This document shows positions 44,534-54,034 of a DNA stretch of 64,000 nt, piece by piece. Positions within the stretch are counted from its first letter, which is position 1; every line of letters starts with the position of its first letter. Position numbers and translations under genes: made by a program. A model generated the notes under the pieces. That model made no database searches, was not told where the DNA came from, and saw only the letters and a list, made by a program, of their open reading frames with translations. Origin of the DNA: Halodesulfurarchaeum sp. GTDB lineage: Archaea; Halobacteriota; Halobacteria; Halobacteriales; Halobacteriaceae. Location of the stretch: NCBI GenBank assembly GCA_034520565.1, contig JAXHNL010000002.1, positions 1-64,000 on the forward strand, read 5' to 3'.

Positions 44534-44619
44534 ATCTGCGGAACTGCGTAACGCGTAGATTTGGAGACTGATTTCGGGCGGATATCGGTTCGTAGTAAGT
44601 GATGTGAGAAACGGGCATC

Positions 44620-44890
44620 GAGAACGAGAAGATCGAGACCCGGAACCAGCGGACGAAGTGGGGGAGTTGCTCGACGACTGGCACACTCGGCATGAACTGG
44701 CGGCTGCTGATGGCCCCCGAGTCGGTGATCGATTACGTGGTCGTGCACGATCTCGCCCATCTCGGAGAATCCAATCACACCGACGCGTTCTGGGCACTCG
44801 TGGCCGAATACGACCCCGACTACCAGGAACACGCGAGATGGTTAGAGGAGCACAGCACTCGGGGGATCTTCTCCGAAAACGATCTCTACC
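44620..44890 (+). pseudogene. M48/YgjP (DUF45) metallopeptidase C-terminal fragment
   Basis: RNQRTKWGSCS..G.L.MNWRLLMAPESVIDYVVVHDLAHLGESNH; no N-terminus, and HExxH reads HDLAH. Confidence 0.8.
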
Positions 44891-45826
44891 CTACTCGAAC
44901 AGATCAGTCGACAGGTACCGCTCGCCCGTATCCGGCAACAGCGTCACCACCGTCCGATCCGCGTTCTCGGATCGAGTGGCCACCTCGCGAGCCGCATGGA
45001 GGGCGGCCCCGCAGGAGATCCCGGCCAAGACTCCCGTCTCACGGGCCAACTCTCGCGTCGCGGCCTTGCTCGCCTCGGTCTCGACCGTCACCACCTCGTC
45101 GAGCAGCGACACGTCCAGCACGTCCGGCACGAACCCGGCCCCGATGCCCTGGATGCCGTGGCTGCCCGACTCCTCGCCGGACAGCACCGCCGAGCCCGTC
45201 GGCTCAACCGCGATCGCCTCGAAATCCTCGCGACCCTGCTCTTCCTTGAAGTACTGTGCGACGCCGGTGACGGTCCCGCCAGTGCCCACGCCCGCGACGA
45301 AAACGTCGACCGCCCCATCCGTCGCCGCGTCGATCTCGGGGCCGGTCGTCTCGCGATGAATGCGGGGATTGGCCGGGTTCTCGAACTGCTGGGGAACGAA
45401 GGCGTCCTCGAACTCCGCCGCGAGTTCGTCCGCCCGGTCGATCGCACCGGGCATGCCCCCATCCGCGGATGTGAGCTCCAGCTCCGCGCCGAGGGCCCGG
45501 AGGAGCGAGCGGCGCTCCTCGCTCATCGATTCGGGCATGGTAAGCACGAGGTCATAGCCCTTCGCCGCGGCGGCGAAGGCCAGGCCGATGCCCGTGTTCC
45601 CGCTCGTCGGCTCAACGATGGTGGTCTCAGCCCCGAGTTCGCCCGCCTCCTCGGCGGCTTCGAGCATCGAAACCGCAATGCGGTCTTTCACCGAGGACAT
45701 GGGGTTGAATGCCTCGAGTTTGGCGAGGAGGTTGGGGGCGAATTCGTCGAGGCGGAGCAGCGGCGTATGGCCCACCAGTTCGGTCGGGTTCTCGGCGATT
45801 CGATCGGCGGAAAAATCTTCGTGCAT
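44891..45826 (-). CDS. cysK: Cysteine synthase A (O-acetylserine sulfhydrylase)
   Basis: [14 protein letters not shown] (PLP Lys), [42 protein letters not shown]. Confidence 0.96.
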   Translation of the reverse strand: MHEDFSADRIAENPTELVGHTPLLRLDEFAPNLLAKLEAFNPMSSVKDRIAVSMLEAAEEAGELGAETTIVEPTSGNTGIGLAFAAAAKGYDLVLTMPESMSEERRSLLRALGAELELTSADGGMPGAIDRADELAAEFEDAFVPQQFENPANPRIHRETTGPEIDAATDGAVDVFVAGVGTGGTVTGVAQYFKEEQGREDFEAIAVEPTGSAVLSGEESGSHGIQGIGAGFVPDVLDVSLLDEVVTVETEASKAATRELARETGVLAGISCGAALHAAREVATRSENADRTVVTLLPDTGERYLSTDLFE

Positions 45827-46065
45827 TCTAGGCGATCCTCATTTTTCCGGCTATTTAGCGACCCATTTCATTTTCAGGTGTTGAGAAAGCCCGTGCCTGT
45901 CGGCAACCGGCTGTTCGATCCGATCTCGCCTGCGGTGAGCGTGAACCAACCCGCTTCATCCGAACACGGCCATCGAACCCCGAACCCGAAATTCCCCCCT
46001 GACCCCAATCACGTGGATAAAACCCTTATCCCTCCTTCGGGCCTCGTTGTAACTGATCTACCACC

Positions 46066-47280
46066 GTGTCACTCTCCGACGAGGAAGCACGAAACGAATT
46101 GTACGCCCTCCTCCACCGACCCGTCTCCAGGAAGGAGGCCTTCGAGCGGATCCTGGAGGTCGGGGCCGAATACCTCGACATCGACCACGGACATATCACC
46201 GACATCGACGAGACGGCGAACCGCTGGGAGGTGATCAGTTCGAACGACGACCCCGACGGCCCATACCCCGAAGGGTTGTCCGTCGATCTGGACGAGACCT
46301 ACTGCCGCCGGACGTTCCAGCAATCGACGCCGATCGCATTGCACAACGCCGGCGAACAGGGCTGGGCCGATAATCCAGCCTACAAACGCCACCGACTCGA
46401 GACCTACCTGGGCATTCGGGTCGAGGCGTTCGACGAGCCGTATGGCACCCTCTGTTTCGTCGAGGAGCAGGCCAGAGCGGAACCGTTCACCGAGGCCGAG
46501 CAGTTCTTCCTCGAACTGGCCGGCCAGGTCCTCCGAACGGTTCTCGAGGAGACCCACCAGGAGAAGGTCATCTCGAACCGGGACCGGCTGATCGCGATCC
46601 TCAATCGGGTGCTGCGGCACAACCTCCGGAACGACCTCACGGTCGTCCAGGGCTATGCGGGAATGCTGGCCGACCAAACCGAATCCGAGCGGACACGCTG
46701 GGCGACGAAGATCGGGCAGATTAGCACGGAGTTGATCTCCCTCGCCGACAAAAGTCGGAAACTGGAGACGTTGACGCGGGATGTCCCGGTCCCGCGGCCG
46801 ACCGACATTGTTCCACTCCTCGAGGAAACCGTCGAGCGCGTTCGGATGGACTATCCGGACGCGGACCTGGTAGTCGACGCGCCCGCCGAGGCGATAACCT
46901 ATGCCGCCCCGGCACTCTCGACGGCAATCGAGGAACTGCTGGAGAACGCAGTCACCCACGGCGGCCCGGAAGTCAGCGTGCGCCTCGCGATCTCACAAAC
47001 GGATTCCCAGACGGTCGTCCGCGTCGAGGACGACGGGCCGGGACTCTCGGGGGATGAACGACGCGTGTTACTCGAGGAAGACGAGACGGCCCTGGAACAC
47101 GGAAGCGGGCTCGGGCTGGCCCTCGTCCACTGGGTCCTCACCAATCTCGAAGGGACCATCGAGGTGTCCGGGGGCGAGTCCGGAACGGCAGTCGAACTGC
47201 GATTACCTCGCGGGGAGTCGGTCTCGAAGCGGGCTGAGGGGTCCGAGACGGTGTCACGTTCATCCGAGCAGGAGGCCTAA
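46066..47280 (+). CDS. GAF-domain sensor histidine kinase
   Basis: GAF (ETYCRRT, YLG, YGTLCF), H-box RVLRHNLRND, ELLENAVTH, DDGPG, HGSGLGL. Confidence 0.92.
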   Translation: MSLSDEEARNELYALLHRPVSRKEAFERILEVGAEYLDIDHGHITDIDETANRWEVISSNDDPDGPYPEGLSVDLDETYCRRTFQQSTPIALHNAGEQGWADNPAYKRHRLETYLGIRVEAFDEPYGTLCFVEEQARAEPFTEAEQFFLELAGQVLRTVLEETHQEKVISNRDRLIAILNRVLRHNLRNDLTVVQGYAGMLADQTESERTRWATKIGQISTELISLADKSRKLETLTRDVPVPRPTDIVPLLEETVERVRMDYPDADLVVDAPAEAITYAAPALSTAIEELLENAVTHGGPEVSVRLAISQTDSQTVVRVEDDGPGLSGDERRVLLEEDETALEHGSGLGLALVHWVLTNLEGTIEVSGGESGTAVELRLPRGESVSKRAEGSETVSRSSEQEA

Positions 47281-47574
47281 CGGCGGATGCAGTGGGGGCC
47301 CTGATGAGAGACGACCCCATCTCGTGTTCATCCGATTCCCGAGAGTGCCACCGGCCGGTGAGAGGTCGGTGATGGAATCGAGTGAGAGGTCCCGGGGGAG
47401 CAGTGGGCAAAGACAACCGCGAGCATTGCAATCGAACGGGCGGTTGGGGCGATTTCTACAGACAAAGACCGTGGGCATTCCCTGATCGACGAGCCCGTCG
47501 AAGTTCAGCCCCTTATTTAGGTGAAACCCGATTTACACTTGAAGTTTTTATAGTAGCGGTCCGTATTGTGGCAT

Positions 47575-48270
47575 ATGAACCGTGAGACGGAGCCTACAGA
47601 TTCGTCGGGGACATTCATTTCGCTTTCAATACCACCTTCGGATCCAGCTTTATTCAAACACAAAGCGACGAGCGACGTCCTCCTCTTTTTAACGAATCAC
47701 CGATTCAGTGACTTCTCACTGCGAGAACTCGCGACACAGATCGGTCACTCACATCAGTCCGTCCGACGGGCAGTAAACGTTCTCAGCGCGAACGACCTGG
47801 TCGTCGACTCTCCTGAAAGCAACCAGCGACTCGTCCAGATCAACAGACAGCGCCTGTCTATTCCAGACGATCCGATTCTCCGAATTCCCCAATCAGAGTA
47901 TCACCGACCGGTCAAAGCTGCGGTTACCGAGCTTCGTGAGAACATCAACGACGTCGTCGGCATCATCCTGTATGGGAGTGTGGCTCGGGGCGAGGCTGAC
48001 CGACGGAGCGATATCGATCTCTGGGTGCTAACCCGTTCTGGGCGGGCCGAAAGCCAACGAGAAGCGAACGCCATTGCCCGTGACCTCGAAGACACGGAGT
48101 TCGATGGTGACCGATACGCCTACGATATCGACGTCGAGGCCGTCCAGGCGATTCCGGCCTACACTGAGGACATCCGGGAGATCGTCGTTTCAGGGATTCC
48201 GGTCTACAAGACGAGTGACTTCGAAACCGTCGAAAACCTCCTCTTGGAGGAAGGAGCCGCCGATGAGTAA
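47575..48270 (+). CDS. wHTH plus minimal nucleotidyltransferase (MNT) antitoxin-like protein
   Basis: FSLRELA HTH; LYGSVARGEADRRSDIDL; TTTTATA about 27 nt upstream. Confidence 0.88.
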   Translation: MNRETEPTDSSGTFISLSIPPSDPALFKHKATSDVLLFLTNHRFSDFSLRELATQIGHSHQSVRRAVNVLSANDLVVDSPESNQRLVQINRQRLSIPDDPILRIPQSEYHRPVKAAVTELRENINDVVGIILYGSVARGEADRRSDIDLWVLTRSGRAESQREANAIARDLEDTEFDGDRYAYDIDVEAVQAIPAYTEDIREIVVSGIPVYKTSDFETVENLLLEEGAADE

Positions 48271-48772
48271 CGGCTCGGACCCGACCGCTGTACTCACAGC
48301 ACTCGACCGCGCACAGGATGCCTTCGAGATGGTCGGACGCGGTCGGGCAGCGTTCGAGGACGGGATTAGTGCCGACGAAGACTGGAAGACTCAACTGACG
48401 AAAGCGTGTCGCCTCCTCGAGGTTGTTGACACCCTCCAGTCACAGGACGGGTACTACACGGCCGTCATCGAGGTCTGCTTCGGCGCTATCGAACGGTCGA
48501 TCGAGGCGTACGCGCTCGCGATGACGAACGATACGCTTCAGGACTTTCAGGACCACCAATTCAGCTACGAGCGTGCCCACCAGATCGGGCTGTTTGAGCG
48601 GGAGACAGCAGAGGCAATGAAGGACCTCTACAGCGAGAACCGCACAGAGAGTTATTACGGCGGCGGGCGTCCAACTGAAGAACAGGCGGAAGCAATGACC
48701 GACCTTGCCAGCGCAGTTCATCAGTTCGCAGTGAGCCAGATTCGGGAAGGTGGCGTCTGTCTGTGTGACTGA
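48263..48772 (+). CDS. HEPN-like protein (partner of MNT)
   Basis: Overlaps the MNT stop; all-helical pattern, IE..F..IER, RTESYY (RX4Y), C-terminal CLC. Confidence 0.75.
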   Translation: MSNGSDPTAVLTALDRAQDAFEMVGRGRAAFEDGISADEDWKTQLTKACRLLEVVDTLQSQDGYYTAVIEVCFGAIERSIEAYALAMTNDTLQDFQDHQFSYERAHQIGLFERETAEAMKDLYSENRTESYYGGGRPTEEQAEAMTDLASAVHQFAVSQIREGGVCLCD

Positions 48773-48890
48773 CGGGGTCGTACGCTCCGAGGAATCGAAC
48801 GGTTCAGACGGGGAGGCGGTGGCCACCTGGGACGAGATCGAACTGCTGCTTTACATGCTCTCAGTGGCGTTTGGGGTTTTACATCTGCCG

Positions 48891-49018
48891 AATACGACGC
48901 TGTACGGGGTCTGGAAGGGGAAGGACAATTTGGACTGGCAACACGAGCGGCTGCAGGTGGATGCCAGGAGTCCGGAGTTGGAGGGGGTATTGAAGCGGGA
49001 TCTTTCAATTGTTGAGTC
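48891..49018 (+). repeat. 128-bp direct repeat, copy 2
   Basis: Matches 44406-44533; encodes NTTLYGVWKGKDNLDWQHERLQVDARSPELE. Confidence 0.85.
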
Positions 49019-49200
49019 GTATGAGGAGGTGAGTGTCAAGTAGCGGGCGGGAACCTTCGGTTGTGATGTGTTACTGCCGGTTGATTCTCGCATTCGGAAT
49101 CAGCGAGTCACATGGAGGACGTGGCCATATTTCCGAGACAAACCGTTACGGACGGGTTCGGACAACCACGTCGGGACGGAATTTGACTCACGAGCGAGTA

Positions 49201-49719
49201 TCAATTATCGCGTGACGAATCTGCTTCGTCGGCGGGACAGAGACATTCGTGTCGCTGGCCGGCCAATTGTACGACAAAATCGTGGATTTGACCCGCCAGC
49301 GTGAGCATCCGTGTCGCAGACTGTTCGGATCCAATGCCTTCCCGGTAGTAGGTTCGAGACCGATTGTTCCGCCAGAGTCCGAGTAGCTTGTCACGAACCT
49401 CGGCGTCGTACAGCCCTGCCTGTTCAGCTCGCTCGTAGACCCGTTCGTGGGACACAAACTCCCCCTCATGCAGCATGTCCCGCTCAAAGAGATAGAACTG
49501 GAGCGTCCGTTCGATCACGCCGAAAGAGGCCTCGATAACCAACGTGTAGTATCCGTCGTCAGCCGCCAAGAATTCCGCCGCTTCGAGGAGTCGGCACGCC
49601 TTTCGGAGCTGTACCAGCGCTGGATCGTCCACGGTAAGTCCCTCCTCTGGGGACTCCGGGGTCCCTCGAAACGCTTCGATCGCATCGTCGAGCGCCGCTT
49701 CGATTGCGCTATTCTCCAT
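49201..49719 (-). CDS. HEPN-like protein (paralogue of 48263-48772)
   Basis: QLRKACRLLE, DGYYTLVIEASFGVIER, NRSRTYY, ECLC; overlaps the MNT stop. Confidence 0.75.
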   Translation of the reverse strand: MENSAIEAALDDAIEAFRGTPESPEEGLTVDDPALVQLRKACRLLEAAEFLAADDGYYTLVIEASFGVIERTLQFYLFERDMLHEGEFVSHERVYERAEQAGLYDAEVRDKLLGLWRNNRSRTYYREGIGSEQSATRMLTLAGQIHDFVVQLAGQRHECLCPADEADSSRDN

Positions 49720-50374
49720 GGAAAACTGCCTCCTGAACTGCCTCGAGTTCGGCTGATTCCTGGAGGATGATCCCCTCGGAGAGGACCGTCCGGAGCTTCT
49801 CCCCGTACTGGTTCGCACTCTCGACCGACTCGACCATAACCTCGAACTCGTATCGGCTCCCATCGAAGGTCCGATTGCTCAGGTCCTGCCGGATTTCGTG
49901 AATGGTACGACGCGCGGCCATCAGCTCATCCGCCACCACGACGAACAGATCGATATCGCTGGCCCGATCTGCCTCCCCACGGGCCACACTTCCGAAGACG
50001 AGCACCCCGACGACGTTTTCCTGGGCCGCCTGGAGCTCGTCGAGGAAGGCGATGACTGGAGCACGAAACGGTTCCTGTGGGATTTCGAGGATCGGGTCGT
50101 CCGGTTTCCGTATCCGGGCCTGATTGATGCGGACGAGTTTCTGATTTCCCCGTCGCCGCGTCTCGACGAGGTCGAGTTGCGTGAAGAGATCGAGCGCGGT
50201 GTCGACGGTCTGGGCGCCGTGTCCGGTGACGTCCCTGAGTTCGCGGACGCCGAATTCCTCGTGGGGGTTCCGGTAGAGAAGGGACAGGACATCGTCCATT
50301 GCCTGGTTTCGGAACACCCTGGTCGCCGGTAACGGAATGGGGACCAGCACTCCGGGCGTGGGTTGGTCTGTCAT
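49709..50374 (-). CDS. wHTH plus MNT antitoxin-like protein (paralogue of 47575-48270)
   Basis: FGVRELR HTH, PDDPILEIPQ, FGSVARGEADRASDIDL; ATG at 50374. Confidence 0.88.
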   Translation of the reverse strand: MTDQPTPGVLVPIPLPATRVFRNQAMDDVLSLLYRNPHEEFGVRELRDVTGHGAQTVDTALDLFTQLDLVETRRRGNQKLVRINQARIRKPDDPILEIPQEPFRAPVIAFLDELQAAQENVVGVLVFGSVARGEADRASDIDLFVVVADELMAARRTIHEIRQDLSNRTFDGSRYEFEVMVESVESANQYGEKLRTVLSEGIILQESAELEAVQEAVFHGE

Positions 50375-50524
50375 ATTGACCACGGTCAGTATTACGGACC
50401 AAGACGTAAATATATGGCCCCGGTGGGGTTGGATCGAGTCGTCACTCGTTGTTTGGTGGAGGTGAAGGGAGACAGGCAGGCATGGAGGGATTCGGCAGGG
50501 ACAGCAAGCATACACTACTACCGC

Positions 50525-50744
50525 GAAAGCCCCTGGCGCTGTCGAGTCGGTGCGGTCGCTGCTCGCGGGTCGCTCCCGCTCCCCGCTCGCACATTCCGGG
50601 ACTCCCGTTGGTCGTCCCGCGCTCCTCGGTTCGCTTCGCTCACCTGCGGTGCTTACTTCCCGCGCCTTCCCCGACAGGGCGGTCGGCTTGCCGACCGCCT
50701 TATAACGTGGCGGCGAAGCCGCCACGCAAGCGCCAGCCCCTTTC
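50525..50744. repeat. Structured palindromic intergenic element (haloarchaeal small repeat/MITE-like)
   Basis: Outer inverted ends GAAAG..CTGGCGCT / AGCGCCAG..CTTTC; perfect internal hairpins at 50678-50699 and 50706-50726. Confidence 0.6.
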
Positions 50745-50928
50745 AGTCCCGCCCGTCCGTCATTCAAAATCCACATCGATCCGATATGAATCGCGTCTCA
50801 AACATCCCCCTAAATGCCATCGTGAACAAGCTCTCCGGCGGGAAGAATAACTCTATCCGACCATAGTAAATCCAGATCTTCACATCTAGTGACAAGATAC
50901 ATTTCAACGACCCACGTGGCTTCAGACG

Positions 50929-52182
50929 ATGAGTGCTGTGGGAACAGGGGACAAACCGTTGGAGCCCGAGGTGCTGGCTGTCACGAAACAAGCCCTCTTC
51001 CCGCCAAATGCTGACCGTGGGTACGCCGTAACTGACACACAGTTCGCCAAAGAAACCTGGGTGGCTGGCAAACAGATTCCCACCGAAATCCGTGAAATTC
51101 TCACGCCGTTCAATCACGTCCGAATCGGGACCGGATATCCAGACCTAGTGGGGATTGGCCGGCTCCAGGATCGATTTATTCAGGGAGGCAGTACTAACAA
51201 GGTCTCCGAGTCCCGCCCACTCGTTGCAGTTGAGGCAAAAGGGTACACTCAGGGAAATGTCGATGTGGGAAGGGGAATTCTGCAGGCGCACGACCGTCTC
51301 ACTGATGCGAACGTCGTCTATCTGTCTGCCCCCGCCAGCGCCATTACTCCTCCATCCCGTAACCTTGCACGCGATCTCAATGTGGGAATAATCGCCATCG
51401 GGGGGAATGGCGTGGAAGTCCTCGAAACCCCTCGAATCGTGGGGTCCCAAACTCCAGACGCCGCCCGGGCGATCCGGTTTCAGGCCACAGCACACGGGGT
51501 CGCAGACCAGTCCTTCGGGCTAAATCATCCGAAAAATTACCTGGCTTATCCGTTGGCCGAATACCATCCGGAACCCACCGAAGAAATTCTCTCCAGACAC
51601 GTCGTAGGGGCGGTTGATGCAGCTCGACAGGGAGCAGCGTTCCTTGGGTTGGTATACTCATCGCCGAAGGGCACAGTAGAATTGACGAACCTCGGACGGG
51701 AAGTCGTCCGGATCGGGACAGGACTTGAGGGATCAGTGGACGCGGCACTGAGACGGTTCGAGGATTGGCAACGCTCTCGCGAACGATTCATCGATATCGC
51801 AGGGGAGTGGGGGCAATTGGCGAGGTGGGTCGTGTACGAGTACCCCGCCACGGAGTTGCTCGTCGAGCAACTACAGCAATTGCACGATGAGGGAAACGAG
51901 GAACCCACGTTGCAAGAACTGGTCCTCGCGATCCACGACGGACATCCGGTGTTTGCGGTCGAACTATTCATTCGCGGTACCGACACTGCTCGAGAGGCGG
52001 TCTTCCGCGAAGACGATTCGCTCGACCCTGAGGCGCTCTCTAACGGGAATGTATACGCCGCGCCAACTACCTTCCAACTGAAAGCGATGCTCTATCATGC
52101 AGGTATCTTGACGGAGCGAGGGGCGGAGCCGCATCGTCTAAACCCGACTGAAGACGTGTGGCAGCTTCGGACGCCGGTTTGA
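50929..52182 (+). CDS. Hypothetical protein with N-terminal PD-(D/E)XK restriction-endonuclease-like motif
   Basis: 417 aa; GYPDLVG...LVAVEAKG...GILQA; LTNLGRE suggests a winged helix. Confidence 0.7.
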   Translation: MSAVGTGDKPLEPEVLAVTKQALFPPNADRGYAVTDTQFAKETWVAGKQIPTEIREILTPFNHVRIGTGYPDLVGIGRLQDRFIQGGSTNKVSESRPLVAVEAKGYTQGNVDVGRGILQAHDRLTDANVVYLSAPASAITPPSRNLARDLNVGIIAIGGNGVEVLETPRIVGSQTPDAARAIRFQATAHGVADQSFGLNHPKNYLAYPLAEYHPEPTEEILSRHVVGAVDAARQGAAFLGLVYSSPKGTVELTNLGREVVRIGTGLEGSVDAALRRFEDWQRSRERFIDIAGEWGQLARWVVYEYPATELLVEQLQQLHDEGNEEPTLQELVLAIHDGHPVFAVELFIRGTDTAREAVFREDDSLDPEALSNGNVYAAPTTFQLKAMLYHAGILTERGAEPHRLNPTEDVWQLRTPV

Positions 52183-52212
52183 CGTCCTCCCCGCGCTAGT
52201 GCGCGAGGGATC
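52179..52212 (-). mobile_element. IS200/IS605-family right-end remnant
   Basis: Minus strand reads GATCCCTCGCGCACTAGCGCGGGGAGGACGTCAA: a subterminal hairpin followed by TCAA. Confidence 0.55.
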
Positions 52213-52241
52213 GGTTTCAAAGGTCTACGGGATTAACTGGG

Positions 52242-52625
52242 GATCAGCGGGAGGAGCTGACCGACGACTACGGACGGCATCCGCTTGTCACAACAAAACA
52301 AGGTCGTCCCGCTGCGTTGATTATTAGCAAGACCTGTTACAAGTGGTCACGCCCGTGCAAAGTGGGAGAAGGCTGTCCGCATGGCCGAAATCCGGATGAG
52401 TGCGTTGCTGTTGTCGAAGTGACCAAGCTAACGCAATGTCCATCGAGTGAAGCCTCGCACGCATTCCGCCGGGGCGGGATCACGCACCATCTCTCCAATT
52501 GCGTGCCCCAGAACGCGGTCAGCGAACGGGCAGACGTGAGTGGCGACGTATTGGAGACTCATTACGACCAGCGGACGCAGAAGGACAAGATGGAGCAGCG
52601 GCGGCAGTATCTGAATCGGTCCTGA
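52242..52625 (+). pseudogene. Tyrosine integrase C-terminal fragment
   Basis: DDYGRHPLVTTKQGRP...YKWSRPC..CPH..C..CPSS..HAFRRGGITHHL...HYDQR; N-terminal half absent. Confidence 0.88.
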
Positions 52626-52858
52626 ATTGGCTCCTAAACCGGTTCAATTTTGCCGATCCTCGGTCCAATCTTGTTATGTTGAGTTCTTATCGAGTGACCA
52701 TAGTTTCCCTAACTGGATTGTTGCCAACCTGCCACCATACCACTTTCAGTCCCTGCATTGGTTTTAGGGCAGTTCAGACCAAAAGGAACATGTATGTGGG
52801 GGAATCGGTCAATAAGAAACAGAGAACTTGGGTTGCAGAGCCCCTCTGTCAATAGCCT

Positions 52859-54031
52859 ATGAAATTTGAACCCTCGGCGATTAAGAAAGAGGAGACAGAG
52901 GAGATTATCGACACTCTCATTAGTCATGTTACTAAATCGGACGAGGAAATCGTACAGGAAGCCGAAAAGAAGCGAAAATCAACAGAACTGAAAGTTTTCA
53001 TAGCGGATAATACCGGCTTCGAACTAGGCACAATCAACTCGAAATTGCAGGAATTGTATAGCAATGGGAGTCCGTCAGACTACGTGATTAATTTCATTGA
53101 TGATCATACCTTTGAGGAGGAGATCCTAAACGGAGACGTATCGTATTTAGAGATCCAAACCCCGAAGTATTCGAGGGTCGACCAATTCATTCTGCTAGAA
53201 AAAGAAGACTATTTGAGAGTTCTTACGGTTGAAAGGAGATATTGGACAAAGAGGACCATTGAGCGGTTAATCCGGTATTTGCCTGGTTTGGATAGAATTT
53301 TCCTTTCCTCGGAAGACTTGGAAGAAACAGTATTAGAAGAGGAGGATAACACGCATTTATCTGGATTTACTGCAAAGCATAAACCCTACTACTCAGAAAA
53401 GGAATTGAGTATCCAATTTCATGGAGGAGAGGAAAGCGACCTCCGGAAAGTTGAATCTGAATTTGATGCGAGACCTACTAGAGTTGAATTCGGGCAAAAG
53501 AACAGTCCCACTGATGCCGTAAAGGGCGCTGTAAGGCAAGACGGCTACTATTCAATTCCTACGATTCGGGCTGGATCTGAAGAACTGGGTTACCAGACGA
53601 TTATGAGTATATCGGATAGCTTGGAAAATCATGATCGAGCGAATTTCGACATTGGGCATCGGCCAAGACAGGAATTCGAAGAAGGGTTCTCGATTGAGGG
53701 ATATACACGTATCCTGCTCAATGAGGAAAGTGAAGGGAGAAGTGACATCGTCACCGACGGTGGTCGTGAAGAGCTTATTGAAAAGCTGGAGGAGAATATC
53801 CTGGACTATAAACAGAGGTACAAATACTCCGTTTGGGATGACGGGGACTTTCATGTATTTGATACCGAGACTCGAGTCCCCTTCCAGGTAGGTGTTGAGG
53901 GAAAGGATCTCGTATTGTTTGCAAAACCTGCGACAACGTCTAAGGCGTTGAGGGAATTCAGCAGGATTGTGTTGGAAGAGTTCAACTCCACGTATTCCTT
54001 TGAAAAGGAATCACAGCAACTTTCCATATAG
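52859..54031 (+). CDS. Hypothetical protein (390 aa, acidic, low GC)
   Basis: Long clean ORF, 3 nt upstream of the next gene; no motif recognised. Confidence 0.8.
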   Translation: MKFEPSAIKKEETEEIIDTLISHVTKSDEEIVQEAEKKRKSTELKVFIADNTGFELGTINSKLQELYSNGSPSDYVINFIDDHTFEEEILNGDVSYLEIQTPKYSRVDQFILLEKEDYLRVLTVERRYWTKRTIERLIRYLPGLDRIFLSSEDLEETVLEEEDNTHLSGFTAKHKPYYSEKELSIQFHGGEESDLRKVESEFDARPTRVEFGQKNSPTDAVKGAVRQDGYYSIPTIRAGSEELGYQTIMSISDSLENHDRANFDIGHRPRQEFEEGFSIEGYTRILLNEESEGRSDIVTDGGREELIEKLEENILDYKQRYKYSVWDDGDFHVFDTETRVPFQVGVEGKDLVLFAKPATTSKALREFSRIVLEEFNSTYSFEKESQQLSI

Positions 54032-54034
54032 ACT

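Noticed and set aside
44996-46959. Long ORFs 44996-46234 (+) and 46069-46959 (-)
   Set aside because: Antisense shadows of the GC-rich cysK and kinase genes.
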